Shown here in pieces: positions 48,938-63,125 of a stretch of DNA of 64,000 nucleotides. The notes beneath the pieces are model-generated. The model worked only from the letters and a program-made list of their open reading frames with translations, was not told where the DNA came from and did no database searches. Both the position numbers and the translations under genes were made by a program. Source of the stretch: Owenia fusiformis (lineage: Eukaryota); contig CAIIXF020000001.1 of assembly GCA_903813345.2 (NCBI GenBank), forward strand, positions 33,418,001 through 33,482,000. Direction: 5' to 3'. The first letter of the stretch is position 1. Every line of letters starts with the position of its first letter.

Positions 48938-50585
48938 TTAAGTGGCGATTGTGTTTTCTGCTTATGTGTGTCACCCTGCTTTTGAAGCTCCCATAACAGT
49001 ATGGCTCACGTGATTATGCAAATGAGAAAACCCCATTGGTTTCACGGCAGCACAATCAAAACTGATGCGGACAATCTTCGTTTTAACCGTTTCTGAATGG
49101 TGCATGTGCTGACATATTCAGCTCTGGACTGTATGTCCAAACCCCTAAGATTAGAGCTGATTTTAGGTTCCAACTTTGTGCCAAGTTTGGTTGCTAAACT
49201 CCCATTCTCCATTGGTGAGTTACATGTATAGCTGAAAAAGGATCCAGACAGGATCCGAGACGTCCTGTTAAGTAAAATAAAGGTTGTGAAAAGAAGAAAA
49301 AAACATTTTTTTGATATATATTCTTGTATATATAAGCCATTTAAATAACAAATTACATCTCCAACAGAAATAGCGTTTAAATCAGTAAGTTATTAAAAAG
49401 GTATCACCCTGTAATTTTATATAAATACACATTCAGTTTTGTATATTTTGTATCTAAATGTCTTTAGGAGACAATCAAAATCAACAAAATATATTTTTTG
49501 GAGGAAACTCCTACTAAACAAATATTGGTCTAAGCAATAGCACATCTATTTCGTAAAAGAACTGATAATTGTACTAGGGTAACTTTAAGTTTTAACACCA
49601 TCAGGGTTCTGTGTGTCATTCTATGAAATTCAATTCCTTCAAATTGAAAATATACATTTCACTTTTGTAAGGATGAATATAGTTATTTTTGTGTAGAATC
49701 TCATGGACATGAAAGGTCAATATAAAAAGCCACAAGACACATAGCCTCATAGACCTCAATAAAGGAGTAAATCTTCAAGGTTTACATATTTGACATTTCA
49801 ATTGATAATAATATTGGGATAGCCACACCACATATCTATACTTAAACAGAGGCACCTAAGGAAGAGAAAGCAAGATGTATTCAAGCAAATCATATCTCAA
49901 ACTCCGGAGAAATTCCGACTTTACTTCAAAATACAAAGTTGGCAAATCAGTGCCAATAAAAATGGTTCCACAATATGAGGTTGATACAGTATCCTTCAAG
50001 TAAGTTGATATTTACTTTTCTATAACTTTACACACAAAGTCTTTGCAGCAGTCATTTCTCCATAATATATCTCAGAGTGGTATGCATCTGCCCTGTCAAC
50101 CCTCACGCATTAGGCGTGATTGTTACGCATTTGCTGGAAAAACTGAAATCATGCATCAATTTTGCGTGTATGATAACATGTCATGCATATCACGCATTAT
50201 GTTGATATTTAAAAAATCTGCACTACGACTTTTTTATTTTCCAACCTACATACCCCAAATTTTGCACTTTTATATAGTGCCAAGGGTTCTTCAACTTGGA
50301 TTATATTTGATCTAAAAGAGGAGTTCAATTGGTCCGCCACCCTAATTGATGATATATTTTAGTTTTGGTCGCCTTGCTGATATTGCAGTATCAATGAAAT
50401 GTAAGCTAAGTTTTTTTCAAGCTGTCTTAATCGCCAGCTTTAGTTGAGCAATTTTCTAGATTGGGTGTTTTCATACAATAACCTGGAGACCTTCCCATAC
50501 CCTATACTCACTGGGGTTTGTGTCAGGGCTATTAGCTTGGTGATCATCAGGTCGTAGGGCAGTATCAGTTCAGGAATATTTTGCA

Positions 50586-50977
50586 AAGGACGATTCTCGG
50601 TTTGGAGAACGAAGTTCATCAATATAAATGAGCATTATCCCTGCTTCGGACAAATTTGATTTTTTTACATAATATAGAGTTGAAGGTCTTCTTTTGAATG
50701 GTCATAATTTAATTTGGGTAATATTTCTAGATTTTTTGCAAAAAAATATTAGCGCAGTACACTTATGAACTTTTTTCCCCAAATCGAGACTTGTATTTTA
50801 TTGAATCGGTCTAATTGATCGTTATCCCTGCTTCAGACCAATTTGTTATTTTACATCTTGTAGATTTAAATGTCCTCTTTTGAATATTCATAGTTTAATT
50901 TGGGTAATATTTCTATATTTTTCATGAAAAAAATTATTAGCCCAGGAGACTGTTCTCCAAACCGAGAATCGTCCTTA
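50586..50977. mobile_element. MITE with internal ~190-bp tandem duplication (possibly Academ-like)
   Basis: AAGGACGATTCTCGGTTTGGAGAAC inverted at both ends; possible TGC duplication. Confidence 0.55.
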
Positions 50978-51126
50978 TGCTTATTTCTCATGGCACACCG
51001 CATGTTTGAGTGAGACGCTGTATCCAAGTAAAAGTGTATAATTCATGATCCATGGCTAGATAACAACCTCAAGTTTCATTTGGTATGCAAATTATGATTT
51101 AATACAAAAATTAAAAAGTTATTGTA

Positions 51127-51694
51127 CAGGGTGGTCAAAAAAAAGGAAACCCTAATACCATTTTCCATCTTTTACATTTTAAAAAATAACTCCCTGATAT
51201 TTTACACTTTTGTACATCATTCAATTTGCTACCAGCCTACTTTATTTCATGACCATCAGATTGATAGTTACAATGTAACAGTACTTTAAAGAACATGCCC
51301 AGAGGCCACTATTGCGTTGTGGGGAAACCTTTACTCATCATCTAAAATGTCCCTACCTTTGGGGATATGGCAGAGGTAGAGGATATGAGAATGAACTCAG
51401 GACAATTGCAAACTTAAAAAGTGAGATCATTTGTGTCATTCAGGCCATACCTGCAGAGGAATGCATTGAGGTCATTGACAACTGTGCTGTTTTGCCTACA
51501 GCGCGATAATGGCCAAATCTGAAGCATGTTATTCAAAGTGCTGTCAAATTGTGACTATCAGTCTGATGGTCATGAAATATGGCAGGGTGATAGGAAATTG
51601 AATGATGTACAAATGTGTGAAATATCAAGGAGTAATTCCTTAACATGACAAAGATATAAGGAAAATGCAGGGTTTCCATTTTTTGACCACCCTG
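51127..51694 (+). mobile_element. Internally deleted Tc1/mariner element with transposase C-terminal remnant
   Basis: CAGGGTGGTCAAAAAA TIRs of ~160 bp, TA TSD; YLWGY..VY-like..TIANLKSEI..IQAIPAEEC..VIDN. Confidence 0.8.
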
Positions 51695-52129
51695 TATTTT
51701 GAAAAAAAGTGGCGTTTTTTTGTCCCACCCTGTATAAAGCATCATTTTTTGACCAAAATAGCATTAATACATATAAATTTGATATCTAACGAAGTTCGTG
51801 GTGTTGAAAAATGGTCCCAGTTTCATAATAGCAGGCCTCTAAAATTTTGCACATTTACATTGAGCTCTGTGTTAATTTATCAATCTTCAAAAGACATTTC
51901 TAGAGCCCATATTCCTAATATGTTACAAAACATGATTATCTTCAAAATCAGAAGGGGGGAGATAGTTCCAAAGATATTGACATTTGAATTTTGCAAAATC
52001 CCCATTGGCTGCCATTGTAAACCATTATCAATATGGCTTAACTTAAGTATCATTTTCTCAAAAAATCCACTTTGGAATTTTCTAATATTGTAGATTTCTA
52101 TAGTTAATATATTCAGTATACATAGGCTT

Positions 52130-52735
52130 AAAAGCCAATATTAGCAAAAAGATTATTGTTGAAAATTTGAATGTTAATGAAGTTAAAATGAATTTTATGG
52201 GTAAAGACATGACACAATGTACCAGTTCAGATTTTAGAAATGAATTTGTCAAACGTAGCAATGTGGATGTTTTAATGAACAATGTAAAAATTGATAAAAG
52301 CTCTTGGTTGCGAGCTCATAATTGTACCAATGAAAATATTCTCCGTATTTAACATTGGAAATCACTTCACAATATCTATCCTTGTAATTCGGTCCTGTTC
52401 AAGTTCAAAATTAAAAAATCTCCTTTATTTGACCACTGTGGAGTAAATGACACTATTGTACATCATTTTATTAAATGTAATAAAGTTAAAGATATTTGGA
52501 ATAATTTCAATTTGACAGATGAACAAATTTTAGGTCTTCAAACATGTTCTAATTATAAAGATGTTCTAATAGCCAGAAAAACAATCAAAATTGTCAACTG
52601 CCAGAACTATTTAGGTAATATTAAAAGCGAGTAACAAAATATATTTTTGTAAGACAGGTATGTTTATTTTGTATGATTGATGTCAATGTACAATTGTAAG
52701 TTAATTTTTAAAAAATTTAGAAAAAAAGCCTAGGA
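52130..52735 (+). pseudogene. Decayed 3' end of a second L1/Tx1 element
   Basis: WLRAHNCTNENILRI*HWKSLHNIYPCNSVLFKFKIKKSPL..HC..DTIVHHFIKC..VKDIW parallels the C-terminus of the 24298 ORF; A-rich tail. Confidence 0.75.
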
Positions 52736-55700
52736 AAATAAACATTGAGATCCAATTATAGCTCAGACTAAATGAACAATGCAGAAAGGAGGTTCATTTT
52801 GTTCATGCCAAGATGAATGATAATTATTAATGTAATGCAACAATTTTGAATACCATCTATAAATTGTAGTTTCTCTAAAAATGAAGTTGATTGCAAAGAT
52901 TGCTTTTGGGGACTAATAATATAATAATGTATCTTTTTAACTCACCCTGTAGACTATATTTATGGATTATACTGATATGGGAAGATATGGATTATATATA
53001 ATGGACATGATGCACCAGTATCTGAATTATGATCTTGCTATGTTGGTGATGTTCATGCATTTTAAATGATTATGTATATCTGAGAATATAAGCTTCAAAA
53101 TCAATTAAAAAAAAAGTTAATATATTGATTTAAAGAAAATCAAACAGACACATTTCTGAAAATTTCTTATTTATGATATATCTAGCCGTTAAAAACTATA
53201 AAAAACTATATTGGGCGCCATGCTAATAGACTAGATGCGAGTAGACATAATCTTGATTTACGTCATTAAATATTCAAAATTCAAAGTGATGTCATATTTG
53301 AAATCTACATGTAAAAGTACATCTAGAAATATGGTTTCGAAAATTGTTTATCAACTTTGAAAATTAAATTTTTTTGAAAGTTTGACTTCTCGTTCGGGTT
53401 GATTCCCCATAGACCCAATGTTACAAAATCACAAACAGAGAAATATCTTTTCTTGTATCAGACAGATAACATTTTCTTTTACTGGACATATTTCAATTTG
53501 CATAACTATTAGATACATAAGGATTTTATGAAAATTGAACCACTAAAACAAATGCAATTGAATTTAAAGGGAACTTTCTGCTATACCCGCCATGCTATCT
53601 GACCCGAATGAGCCACCTGGTGGTGAAACTGGTAAATACCTACTCGCATCTGCGTTATTCATCAATCTTCGAAAAAAAACCTGCAGAACAGTTCAAAAGT
53701 GATAAAGCCCATATTTCTAGGATGTTACAATTGCATGATCATCTTCAAAATAAGAAGGGTTAAATTTTTTCTTTTACCTTGTTCAAAGGATACTACTGGC
53801 GTTTCAATTTTGGAAAATCCCCATTGGGTGCCATTATAAACCGCTATCAATATGGCTTTACTTAAGTATCCTTTTCTCAAAAAGTCCACTATGGAATTTT
53901 CTATACTTAAAGTCAAAATCTATAATATAAAAATAATATAAAAGATATAAAAAATATACGTATTAAGTATATACTTATGTCAAAAAATGGTGCCGTATAT
54001 ATAGCAAGTGAAATTCAAGGGTTTTATTGTCATAACTGACTCCACTTTAAGGGTTTGTTATATAAAGTATATATGAACAATTGATCATATACTCCAGAGT
54101 TTTCATGTCATATAAGCCTTGTTTAGTTCAAATATCAAAGCATTACATCAAGGAAAGTAGTTTAATTCAATGAAAACTAATAATATCGAAATTGACACTT
54201 CCCGTCCACCATCTTAAATGCGAAGGTGACAGCCGTAACCTTCGCTTGATACTGACCAGTGAAATCAAATTGAAATAAGACAAAGTTGATTCATTGACCT
54301 AGACTAAATATCTATTGAAGGTATGTTTGTGAAACATGCTCTATCTTTAGTTTATCATGATATATGGTTGTCCCAAGGTCAGTACACATTTCTTGATAAC
54401 ATATGAAATAACCACAATATATCATATGTTTATATGATTTCAATGGGTTAATAATTAACAGTACTGAAGTTGATTATGTTTACCTCCCTTATGTCATGTG
54501 CAAGACTGTAATTTTGATTTATGTGTTTATTTATTATAGTTTTGATATAAAGATAGCGTATAGTATATAAGAGAGAAAAGCTAGGGCTGAGAGAGGGTGC
54601 ATTTAGGTGCATTTGTCATGTTAAAATTGTGTATAGCATATGCATGTGCATTTCCTGTAACTATTGTTGAATCAAAATATCTTTGAATATGCATTTATGA
54701 ATGCTTCATGTAGTATCATTACTTAGATATGCATGACTATCTATTGTACATGAAATACTGTACTCGATCCCATTTAATGATTAATTTCAAGAATTTTGAG
54801 AAACCACTATTTTGGGGCTATTAAATTCCATGGATTTTACAAGTTAAAATTTCACTGTTCTCTTATTCCTCAAGCTCTTTAAAGTAAGTTACCTAGACTG
54901 ATTTGGGTAAGGCTAGACCAAAGGAATGACTCTTATTTAAAGAGTGTAGATGAAGCAGCATTTAAAGGATTTATTGAAAAGGGTAAAGTATGACATGTAC
55001 AATCTCTAATTACACTTAAAACGGGCAATGAGGGATAGAAACACAATTAGAGTAACCTAATGTTTAGGGGCCTTTAGGTACTAAAAGATGTACACCAAGT
55101 TTGTCTATCAACTTAGGGGAGGCATCAAAAGTTCGATGTCAGATCGGAAACTAAATAAATCTAGTTTTGACCCCCCCCCCAAAGAAACTATATACCGGTG
55201 AAAGTTGATCGCTGACTTCCGGTTTGAGAAATTGAAAAATGATTGTTATTGGGGTAGGTGTGAATATTTTCGAAACAAATGCTTAATTTTATACACATAT
55301 TTTGTACCAAATGCGTGACATGAATGGGAATCGGAATGCGTTCGCTTTTTTTCACCGTTCGGTATTTAACCATGTCGGCATTCCACAAAAAAACAATTTT
55401 TAAAATTTCAACAAAATGCGTGATTTGCGTGATATTTGATCATAAAAATGTGTGATTTGCGTGATATTTATGATCATACACGCTAAATTGATGCGTGATT
55501 TCTATTTTTCCAGCAAATGCGTGACAATCACGCCTAATGCGTGAGGGTTGACAGGGCAGATCATATATAATAGGCTTTTTAGGTACGAAAAATATCGAAC
55601 GGAATGCGTGACATATACGTAATTCACGTGAAAAGTCCGAACGAAATGTGTACATTTTTTTCGGCGTTCGTATTTTTGCTATGTAGACGATCTTTTTTAG

Positions 55701-56288
55701 AAATTTTTCTACAGAAATATTTTTGCTTGACAATTACCAGGTAAAATGCGTATTTGCGTGACATTTTCTGTCACGCAAAAATAACTGGCGTGACTTCAAA
55801 TTCTTCAGCAAATGCGTGACAAATACGCAAATTGCGGGACAGTTGACAGGCCTGGATAATATATCATGTCAGCAGATTCTTTTAATACTTTTGGCACATT
55901 TTCCAGCTTTACAAATAATTTCAGGTGTCCTGCATTGTAAAAACCCATGTCACTGTAAAGAGTAGTTTTATGAAATATTTTTGTTACATAATGGACCATT
56001 TGCCTTAAAACCTCTGTCGATAGGATTCACATTTTTAGTTATTTTTGTTCAACATCAATACAGAAAACTCCCCCATGACTCCTGGTTCAAAAGCTCATCT
56101 TTTTTCAAATTGGTCGCCATTTTTGTCTTGCGAAATTCACTTGTGGCCCATTTCCTAGCTTTACAAATAATTTCAGGTTTCCTGCATTGTGAAAAGCCAT
56201 GTCACTGTAAAGAGAAATTATATGAAATAGTTTTGTGAGAAAAAATCGGCAAAAATTATTTCCATTTATTTTTATTTTCTGCCATTAA

Positions 56289-58488
56289 CAGAGCTGTCAA
56301 GTGTCCCGCGAATGGCGGGATTATCCCGCGAATTCGATCAAAATTAGGCTAATTCGCGTGTCCCGCAATGTCCCGCGAAGTCCCGCAAATCCGGCTTTCG
56401 ACCTCCGCGAATTTCCGAAATTGTTGCAATCCCCTATATTGTGATTATCTTATCTTATATAAGAAGCTAAGTTTTTGCACTTTTGAGGAGTAAAGTTTAC
56501 CTAATTTTAAGTACCTAGCATGCTGTTGTTAGGTATCAAAATAAAGAGGAAGGGTTCAACTTTCATTTTAATTACGACAATAGGGATGTAGGTCACAAAT
56601 AGTTCCAACGTTGGCCTTTTTACTATCCGTGTGGCCTTCATCTCAGAACTGAGCAAATGTTAGCAAACGCGAGTTACAATAAATGGACGCTGATATCTAG
56701 AAAGGGTTTGTAGAAAAAAACCGGGTACCGGGTAGTAAATCCTCCATGCTGGGTTCAAACTTGGTAAAAACAAAAAATACGAATATACGAGTATAACATA
56801 ATTAGATTATCAGAAAACGTGTAAGATTTGTTTTGAATTTACGAAAAATTTCCAATGAACATGCGTGACACATACGGGATTCGCGTGACAAATCCAAACA
56901 AATTGCGTTCGTTTTTTTCCGGCGTTCGTATTTTTACCGTATCGTAAACATATTTCGAAAAAATTTCTACAGAAATATTTTTGCTTGACAATTACCAGGT
57001 AAAATGCGTATTTTGCGTGACATTTTCTGTCACGCAAAAAAAACTGGCGTGACTTCAAATTCTTCAGCAAATGCGTGACAAATACGCAAATTGCGGGACA
57101 GTTGACAGGCCTGGTAACATCCTTCAAAATTGAGCTAGAAGCTTCAAATAAAAAGCATATTTTAAGGCTCTTTTCTTCCTCTATCGTCATGACCATATTT
57201 TCATTGGTTATGGGGGGGGGGTGTGATCGCACCATCGCACCCTCTCCTGGCTACGCCTATGACATTGTAAGACATAACAATTTAGTGGACAATTCAGTGG
57301 ACATTTTGTCGACAGTTGGGATAACTTAAATTATGATTAATAATCAAAATCTTACACATTGCATCATGTAAATTAACACACGTCACCTCTCTGCTAAAGC
57401 AACGATAGCAATTTACAGATTTAAATCATAATCAAAACAATTCACGTACCAACATACGAACTATTGAAAATAGAGTAAAATTGATTTGCCTTGTTATTCA
57501 AATCGTCTTACAATGTCATTGGCGTAGCCAGGAGAGGGTGTGATGGTGCGATCGCACCCCCCCTCCCCCTTCATTACCAATGGAAATATGACCATGATGA
57601 TAGAGGAAGAAAAGAGGCTTAAAATGCTTTTTATTTGAAGCTTCTAGCTCAATTTTGAAGGAAGTTACATACATTTTTGTAAATTCAAAACAAATCTTAC
57701 ACGTTTTCTAATGATTTAATTATGTTGTATATTCGTATATTTCGTTTTTTGGGTACCCGGTTTTTTCGACCGGGTACCAAGTTTGAACCCAGCATTGAGG
57801 ATTTACTTCCCGGTACCCGGTTTTTTCTACAAACCCTATCTAGAAAAGTAACCTCATTCCCTATAATTTGATGTAGATTAATCGAACCCCTATACCATGG
57901 GCTTTCAATTGAAAGCCCATGCCTACAGTATATGAAAAGGTACATTTTGATATATAACAAGCGTTTCATATATAGTTGGTCACGACGCCAGAAGTGCAAA
58001 GTATTGTTCCAAATTTTTGAATTTCGTGTTAGATTACGATACTCACACCTGAAGCATGGTTTTTGTTTTTGATAAATTACAATAAATTAATAATATTTCT
58101 ATGCGTATTTTGTGAAGTTATGTTGACGTTTATTTAAGTTACAATGTAACGGTGCATTATATTTGATTAATCAGTATCTGAAAGTTTGATTTAAGTACTT
58201 TTAGACGCTTTTACATTAGTCCAAATCACGCAAATCCCTTGAATGTCCCGGGACATCCTGCAAATTTAGGTGGATGTCCCGCGAAATCCCGCAAATTTAG
58301 GGCACTTTTTCTAGAAAATCTGTCCCTCTATGAAGTTTTTGCTGGTAAACCTGTCAATCACGCAAATTCCTTAAATGTCCCGCGAAATCCCGTGAATTAA
58401 GTAGATGTCCCGCAAAATCCCGCGAATTTTGGGCACTGGGTCTAAAAAAACTGTCCCGCGAGAAAATCTTTGGGGGTTGACAGTACTG
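56289..58488 (+). mobile_element. Composite hAT-like element, copy 1
   Basis: CAGAGCTGTCAA / TTGACAGTACTG; 6-bp TSD CATTAA; TCCCGCGAA subterminal repeats. Confidence 0.85.
56704..57836. mobile_element. Nested MULE-like long-arm element
   Basis: GGGTTTGTAGAAAAAA TIRs with long arms; 10-bp TSD TATCTAGAAA; equivalent copy at 59886-62335. Confidence 0.8.
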
Positions 58489-58990
58489 CATTAATTTTAG
58501 CCATCATTCACTTTTGAGCAACACCATGTAAACCTAGTACCCATGGTACTATTTATTAAAACTACGACACAGGTTTTCTCATGTTTTCTACATGATATTT
58601 TCTGATATACTCCAATTGAAATTACATTTAGATGAAAAGTGTGTTTCATCTTCTATAACCGATCCTTACACATTTTACAAAATCAACTATTTAGATCCGT
58701 GATGGGTCTTGTATATCGGCCTGTCTATCTCTACATTGTGGGCGCTTATACGTAATCTAGCGAGATGTTTATCATTCGAAAAAGTCGTTTCTGAAAGGTA
58801 TTGTTCAAATTCAAAGTGAATTTTTAGTTGTTTAAATAATCTAAGTTTCCCCTCATTCCCACTTATAAGATTCTTCCAATATACTTGATACCTCTCTATT
58901 AATTTCTTTTTGACTTTAATAGCAAGCTTATATTAGTACTCTTCCCTATGTTTACCTTATCTTCAAGATTTAATTCATCTGACATTTTTA

Positions 58991-59140
58991 TTATGTCCCC
59001 ACCACATAGTGCGGGGCCATTATGTCGGCCTAGGCTCGTCCGTCCATCTGTCTATCCGTCGGTACCCACTCGATACCTACTTCCTGTCAGCCATTTTGAG
59101 GGAAACATTGTTGATTTTTGTCACTTTTTATAGAATGATG
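58991..59140 (+). mobile_element. HINE family C head
   Basis: TTATGTCCCCACCACATAGTGCGGGG plus GTCC repeats; matches the reconstructed host at 10321/17696. Confidence 0.7.
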
Positions 59141-62100
59141 CAGTACTGTCAACCCCTAAAGATTTTCTCGCGGGACAGATTTTTTAGACCAAGTGCCCAA
59201 AATTTGCGGGATTTTGCGGGACATCTACTAAATTGGCGGGATTTCGCGGGACATTTAAGGGATTTGCGTGATTGTGCCAATAGGCCAATTTTTTTTATCA
59301 AATTCGCGGGATTTCGCGGGACCATTCGAGGGACAAACACCCTAATTGTGGGACAGTTAACAGGGGTACCACCAAAAACTTCATAGAGGGACAGATTTTT
59401 TAGACAAAGTGCCCTAAATTTGCGGGATTTCGCGTGACATCCACCTAAATTTGCAGGATGTCCCGGGACATTCAAGGGATTTGCGTGATTGGGACTAATG
59501 TAAAAGCGTGTAAAAGTACTAAAATCAAACTTCCAGATACTGATTAATCAAATATAATGCACCGTTACATTGTAACTTAAATAAACGTCAACACAATTTC
59601 ACAAAATACGCATAAGAATATTATTAAACTTTATTGTAATTTATCAAAAACAAAACCATGCTTCAGGTGTGATTACCGTAATCTAACACGAAATTCAAAA
59701 ATTCGGAACAATACTTTGCACTTCTGGCGTCGTGACCAACTATGAAACGCTTACCCCCATAATGTTATATATTAAAATGTACCTATTCATATACTGTAGG
59801 CATGGGCTTTCAATTGAAAGCCCATGATATAGGGGTTCGATTAATCTACATCAAATTATAGGAAATGAGGTTACTTTTCTAGATAGGGTTTGTAGAAAAA
59901 ACCGGGTACTGGGTAGTAAATCCTCCATGCTGGGTTCAAACTTGGTATCCGGTCGAAAAAAACGGGTACCCAAAAAACGAAATATACGAAGATACAACAT
60001 AATTAGATCATTAGAAAACGTGTAAGATTTGTTTTGAATTATAAAAATGTATGTTACTTCCTTCAAAATTGAGCTAGAAGCTTCAAATAAAAAGCATTTT
60101 AAGGCTCTTTTCTTCCTCTATCATCGTGGTCATATTTCCATTGGTAATGAAGGGGGGGGGGGGGGTGCGATCGCACCCCCTCCTGGCTACGCCAATGACA
60201 TTGTAAGACGATTTGAAAAACAAGACAAATCAATCTTACTCTATTTTCAATACCATACCTGCCAACCTCTCAGAGAAAAAAAACAGGAGTTTTTTTTTAA
60301 AAAAACAGGAGAATCCAGGAGATATTTTGCAAAAAACAGGAGAAAAACAGGAGACTTTTACTGAAAAAAACAGGAGAAAACAGGAGACTTCTTTTAAAAA
60401 ACAGGAGAAAACAGGAGGTTTCTTTTAGAAAACAAGTTACCATCTAAAAAACAGGAGATTTTCAGTCTAAACAGGAGATTTTCTTTAAAAACAGGAGAAA
60501 ACAGGAGGTTTCTTTTAGAAAACAAGTTACCATCTAAAAAGCAGGAGAAAACAAGAGACTTCCAGTCTAAACAGGAGATTTTCTTTAAAAAACAGGAGAA
60601 AACAGGAGACTTCTTTTAAAAAACAGGAGAAAACAGGAGGTTTCTTTTAGAAAACAAGTTACCATCTAAAAAACAGGAGAAAACAGGAGATTTTCAGTTT
60701 AAACAGGAGATTTTCTTTAAAAACAGGAGAAAACAATTTATTTTAAAAGCATGAGAAAACAGATTATCTTTAAAAACAGGAGAAAGCAGAAAACTTCAAA
60801 GAAAACACATGTTCTTATAAAAAATACTCTATTTATGGCCAGAAAATACTAATGGTGAAAGATATGATGGTCCAAAATCACTTGCAATACCGGGTTGCAA
60901 TCTATAGGCCTACTGCACATGGCTAGGTCCAGGATCAAGGAGGATTGGCTCCCAGAATGCAACATCAATACTCTGTCGATATTCTTGATGTCATGATTGC
61001 AAAATTCGAATTCAAACAGCCGCTATTTTATTCACATTTGTATCGTTAATTTTGGTCTTATTTTCAAACGAAAATGCAGTTTGAATTCGAATTTTGTAGT
61101 CACGACATAGGGAGTATCGGTATCGATGTTGCATCCTGGGAGCCAATCCTCCTTGGTCCAGGATGGAAAAACCAAAAAGCTTACCGTAAATGTGACTGAT
61201 AAATCTCAATCTTTGACAAACTTCAATAGTAAAATCATTCAAACTTATTTAACATGATTTCTCTTAATGTATATACATGCTTAATCTTGGTAGGCTTACG
61301 CAATCGTGCATAAATAGACAAAATTATTCTTACCCCGTTTCATGGACATACTTGCGCAGATTCTTATAGCCTCCACTCAGGAGATTATCTACGTAATACG
61401 CATGCGCTAGGATCGTAATAAAGGATGGATTCGCTCTTACTGATTAAAATTGTTGCGCGTGCGCTAATTTCCTTGTTGTTGATTGAACATTTATATTAGA
61501 TTAACTTTGTTTTTCATGATTAGATGTCGCTGGAGTTAATTGACTTATATAGATACTGGAGAATATCAATGAGTACTCGGATTCAAGTTAAAAATCGGGA
61601 GGTAGGAGGAAAAAACGGGAGGACACAGACAAAATCGGGGGATTTTTACCTAAAACATTCGAAGTTTTTTGTAGAAATCGGGGGAAATCGGGAGAAAAAA
61701 TCGGGAGATGATGAAAAATTACAAAATTAGAAAATCGGGAGATGGCAAAATTGCGCAGGAGATGGGTTAAAAAAACAGGAATCTCCCGATTTAAATCGGG
61801 AGTTGGCAACTGTGCAATACTTCGTATGTTGGTACATGAATTGTTTTGATTATGATTTAAACCTGTAAATAGCTATCGTTGCTTTAGCAGAGAGGTGACG
61901 TGTGTTAATTTAAATGATGCAACGTGTAAGATTTTGATTATTAATCATAATTTAAGTTATCCCAATTTTCGACAAAATGTCCACTGAATTGTAAATTGTT
62001 ATGTCTTACAATGTCATAGGCGTAGCCAGGAGAGGGTGCGATGGTGCGATCGCACCCCCCCCCCATAACCAATGAAAATATGGCCATGACGATAGAGGAA

Positions 62101-62749
62101 GAAAAGAGCCTTAAAATATGCTTTTTATTTGAAGCTTCTGGCTCAATTTTGAAGGATGTTATATACATTTTTGTAAATTCAAAACAAATCTTACACGTTT
62201 TCTCATAATCTATTATGTTATATATTCGTATTTTTCGTTTTTTGGATTCCCGTTTTTTTGACCGGGTACCTTGTACCAAGTTTGAACCCAGCATGGAGGA
62301 TTTACTACCCGGTACCTGTGTTTTTCTACAAACCCTTTCTAGATATCAGCGTCCATTTATTGTAACTCGCGTTTGCTTATATTTGCTCAGTTCTCAGATG
62401 AAGGCCACACGGGTAGTAAAAAGGCCACCGTTGGAACTATTTGTGACCTACATCCCTATTTTCGTAATTAAAATGAAAGTTGAACCTTTCCCCTTTATTT
62501 TGATACCAAACAACAGCACGCTAGGTACTTAAAATTAGATAAACTTTACTCCTCAAAAGTGCAAAAACTTAGCTTCTTATAAAAGATAAGATAATCACAA
62601 TATAGGGGATTGCAACAATTTCGGAAATTCGCGGAGGTCAAAGCCACATTTGCGGGACTTCGCAGGACATTGCGGGACACGCGAATTAGCCTAATTTTGA
62701 TCGAATTCGCGGGATAATCCCGCCATTCGCGGGACACTTGACAGCTCTG
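59141..62749 (-). mobile_element. Composite hAT-like element, copy 2 (inverted)
   Basis: Reverse complement of 56289-58488 with its own 6-bp TSD ATGATG. Confidence 0.85.
60254..61814. mobile_element. hAT-like element with AAAACAGGAG and AAATCGGGAG subterminal arrays
   Basis: CATACCTGCCAAC / GTTGGCAACTGTG; 6-bp TSD CAATAC; empty site visible in copy 1. Confidence 0.8.
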
Positions 62750-62785
62750 ATGATGATATAAACTTTAAAGAGAGAATCGGAGATA

Positions 62786-63125
62786 CCCTTAGCAAAAGCG
62801 CATGTATTTTTTCCATGCAAAGCACATGCAAAGTCCATGCAATCAGAAAAAATCCATGCGAGTCCATGCAATTCGCTTTGAAAGAGAAGGCTGAACAGAA
62901 AACCCATGCACTTGTCCATGCAATGCCCATGCAAAGTCCATGCAAATGAAACTTTAAAAATTCCCCAAAATATATTTCCATGCAATCACCATGCAATTCA
63001 CATGCAGCATGCAACTACCATGCAAAGTCCATGCAACTGTTTTATTATAGAAAACTAAAATCCATGCAAGTACCATGCAATTTTGCATGTATGCGCATGG
63101 ACTACTGAAATCCATGCAAGAACCA
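62786..63125 (+). repeat. CCATGCA short-motif array, probably the left end of an EnSpm-like element
   Basis: CCCTTAGCAAAA start followed by many CCATGCA units; no partner end in the window. Confidence 0.5.

Noticed and set aside
53230..53653. TIR element with AGATGCGAGTAG ends
   Set aside because: There is a short inverted match but no TSD, so boundaries and family cannot be supported.
56810..63014. ORFs of 100-140 aa in the terminal repeat cluster
   Set aside because: They derive from subterminal repeat arrays of non-autonomous elements and show no domain motifs.
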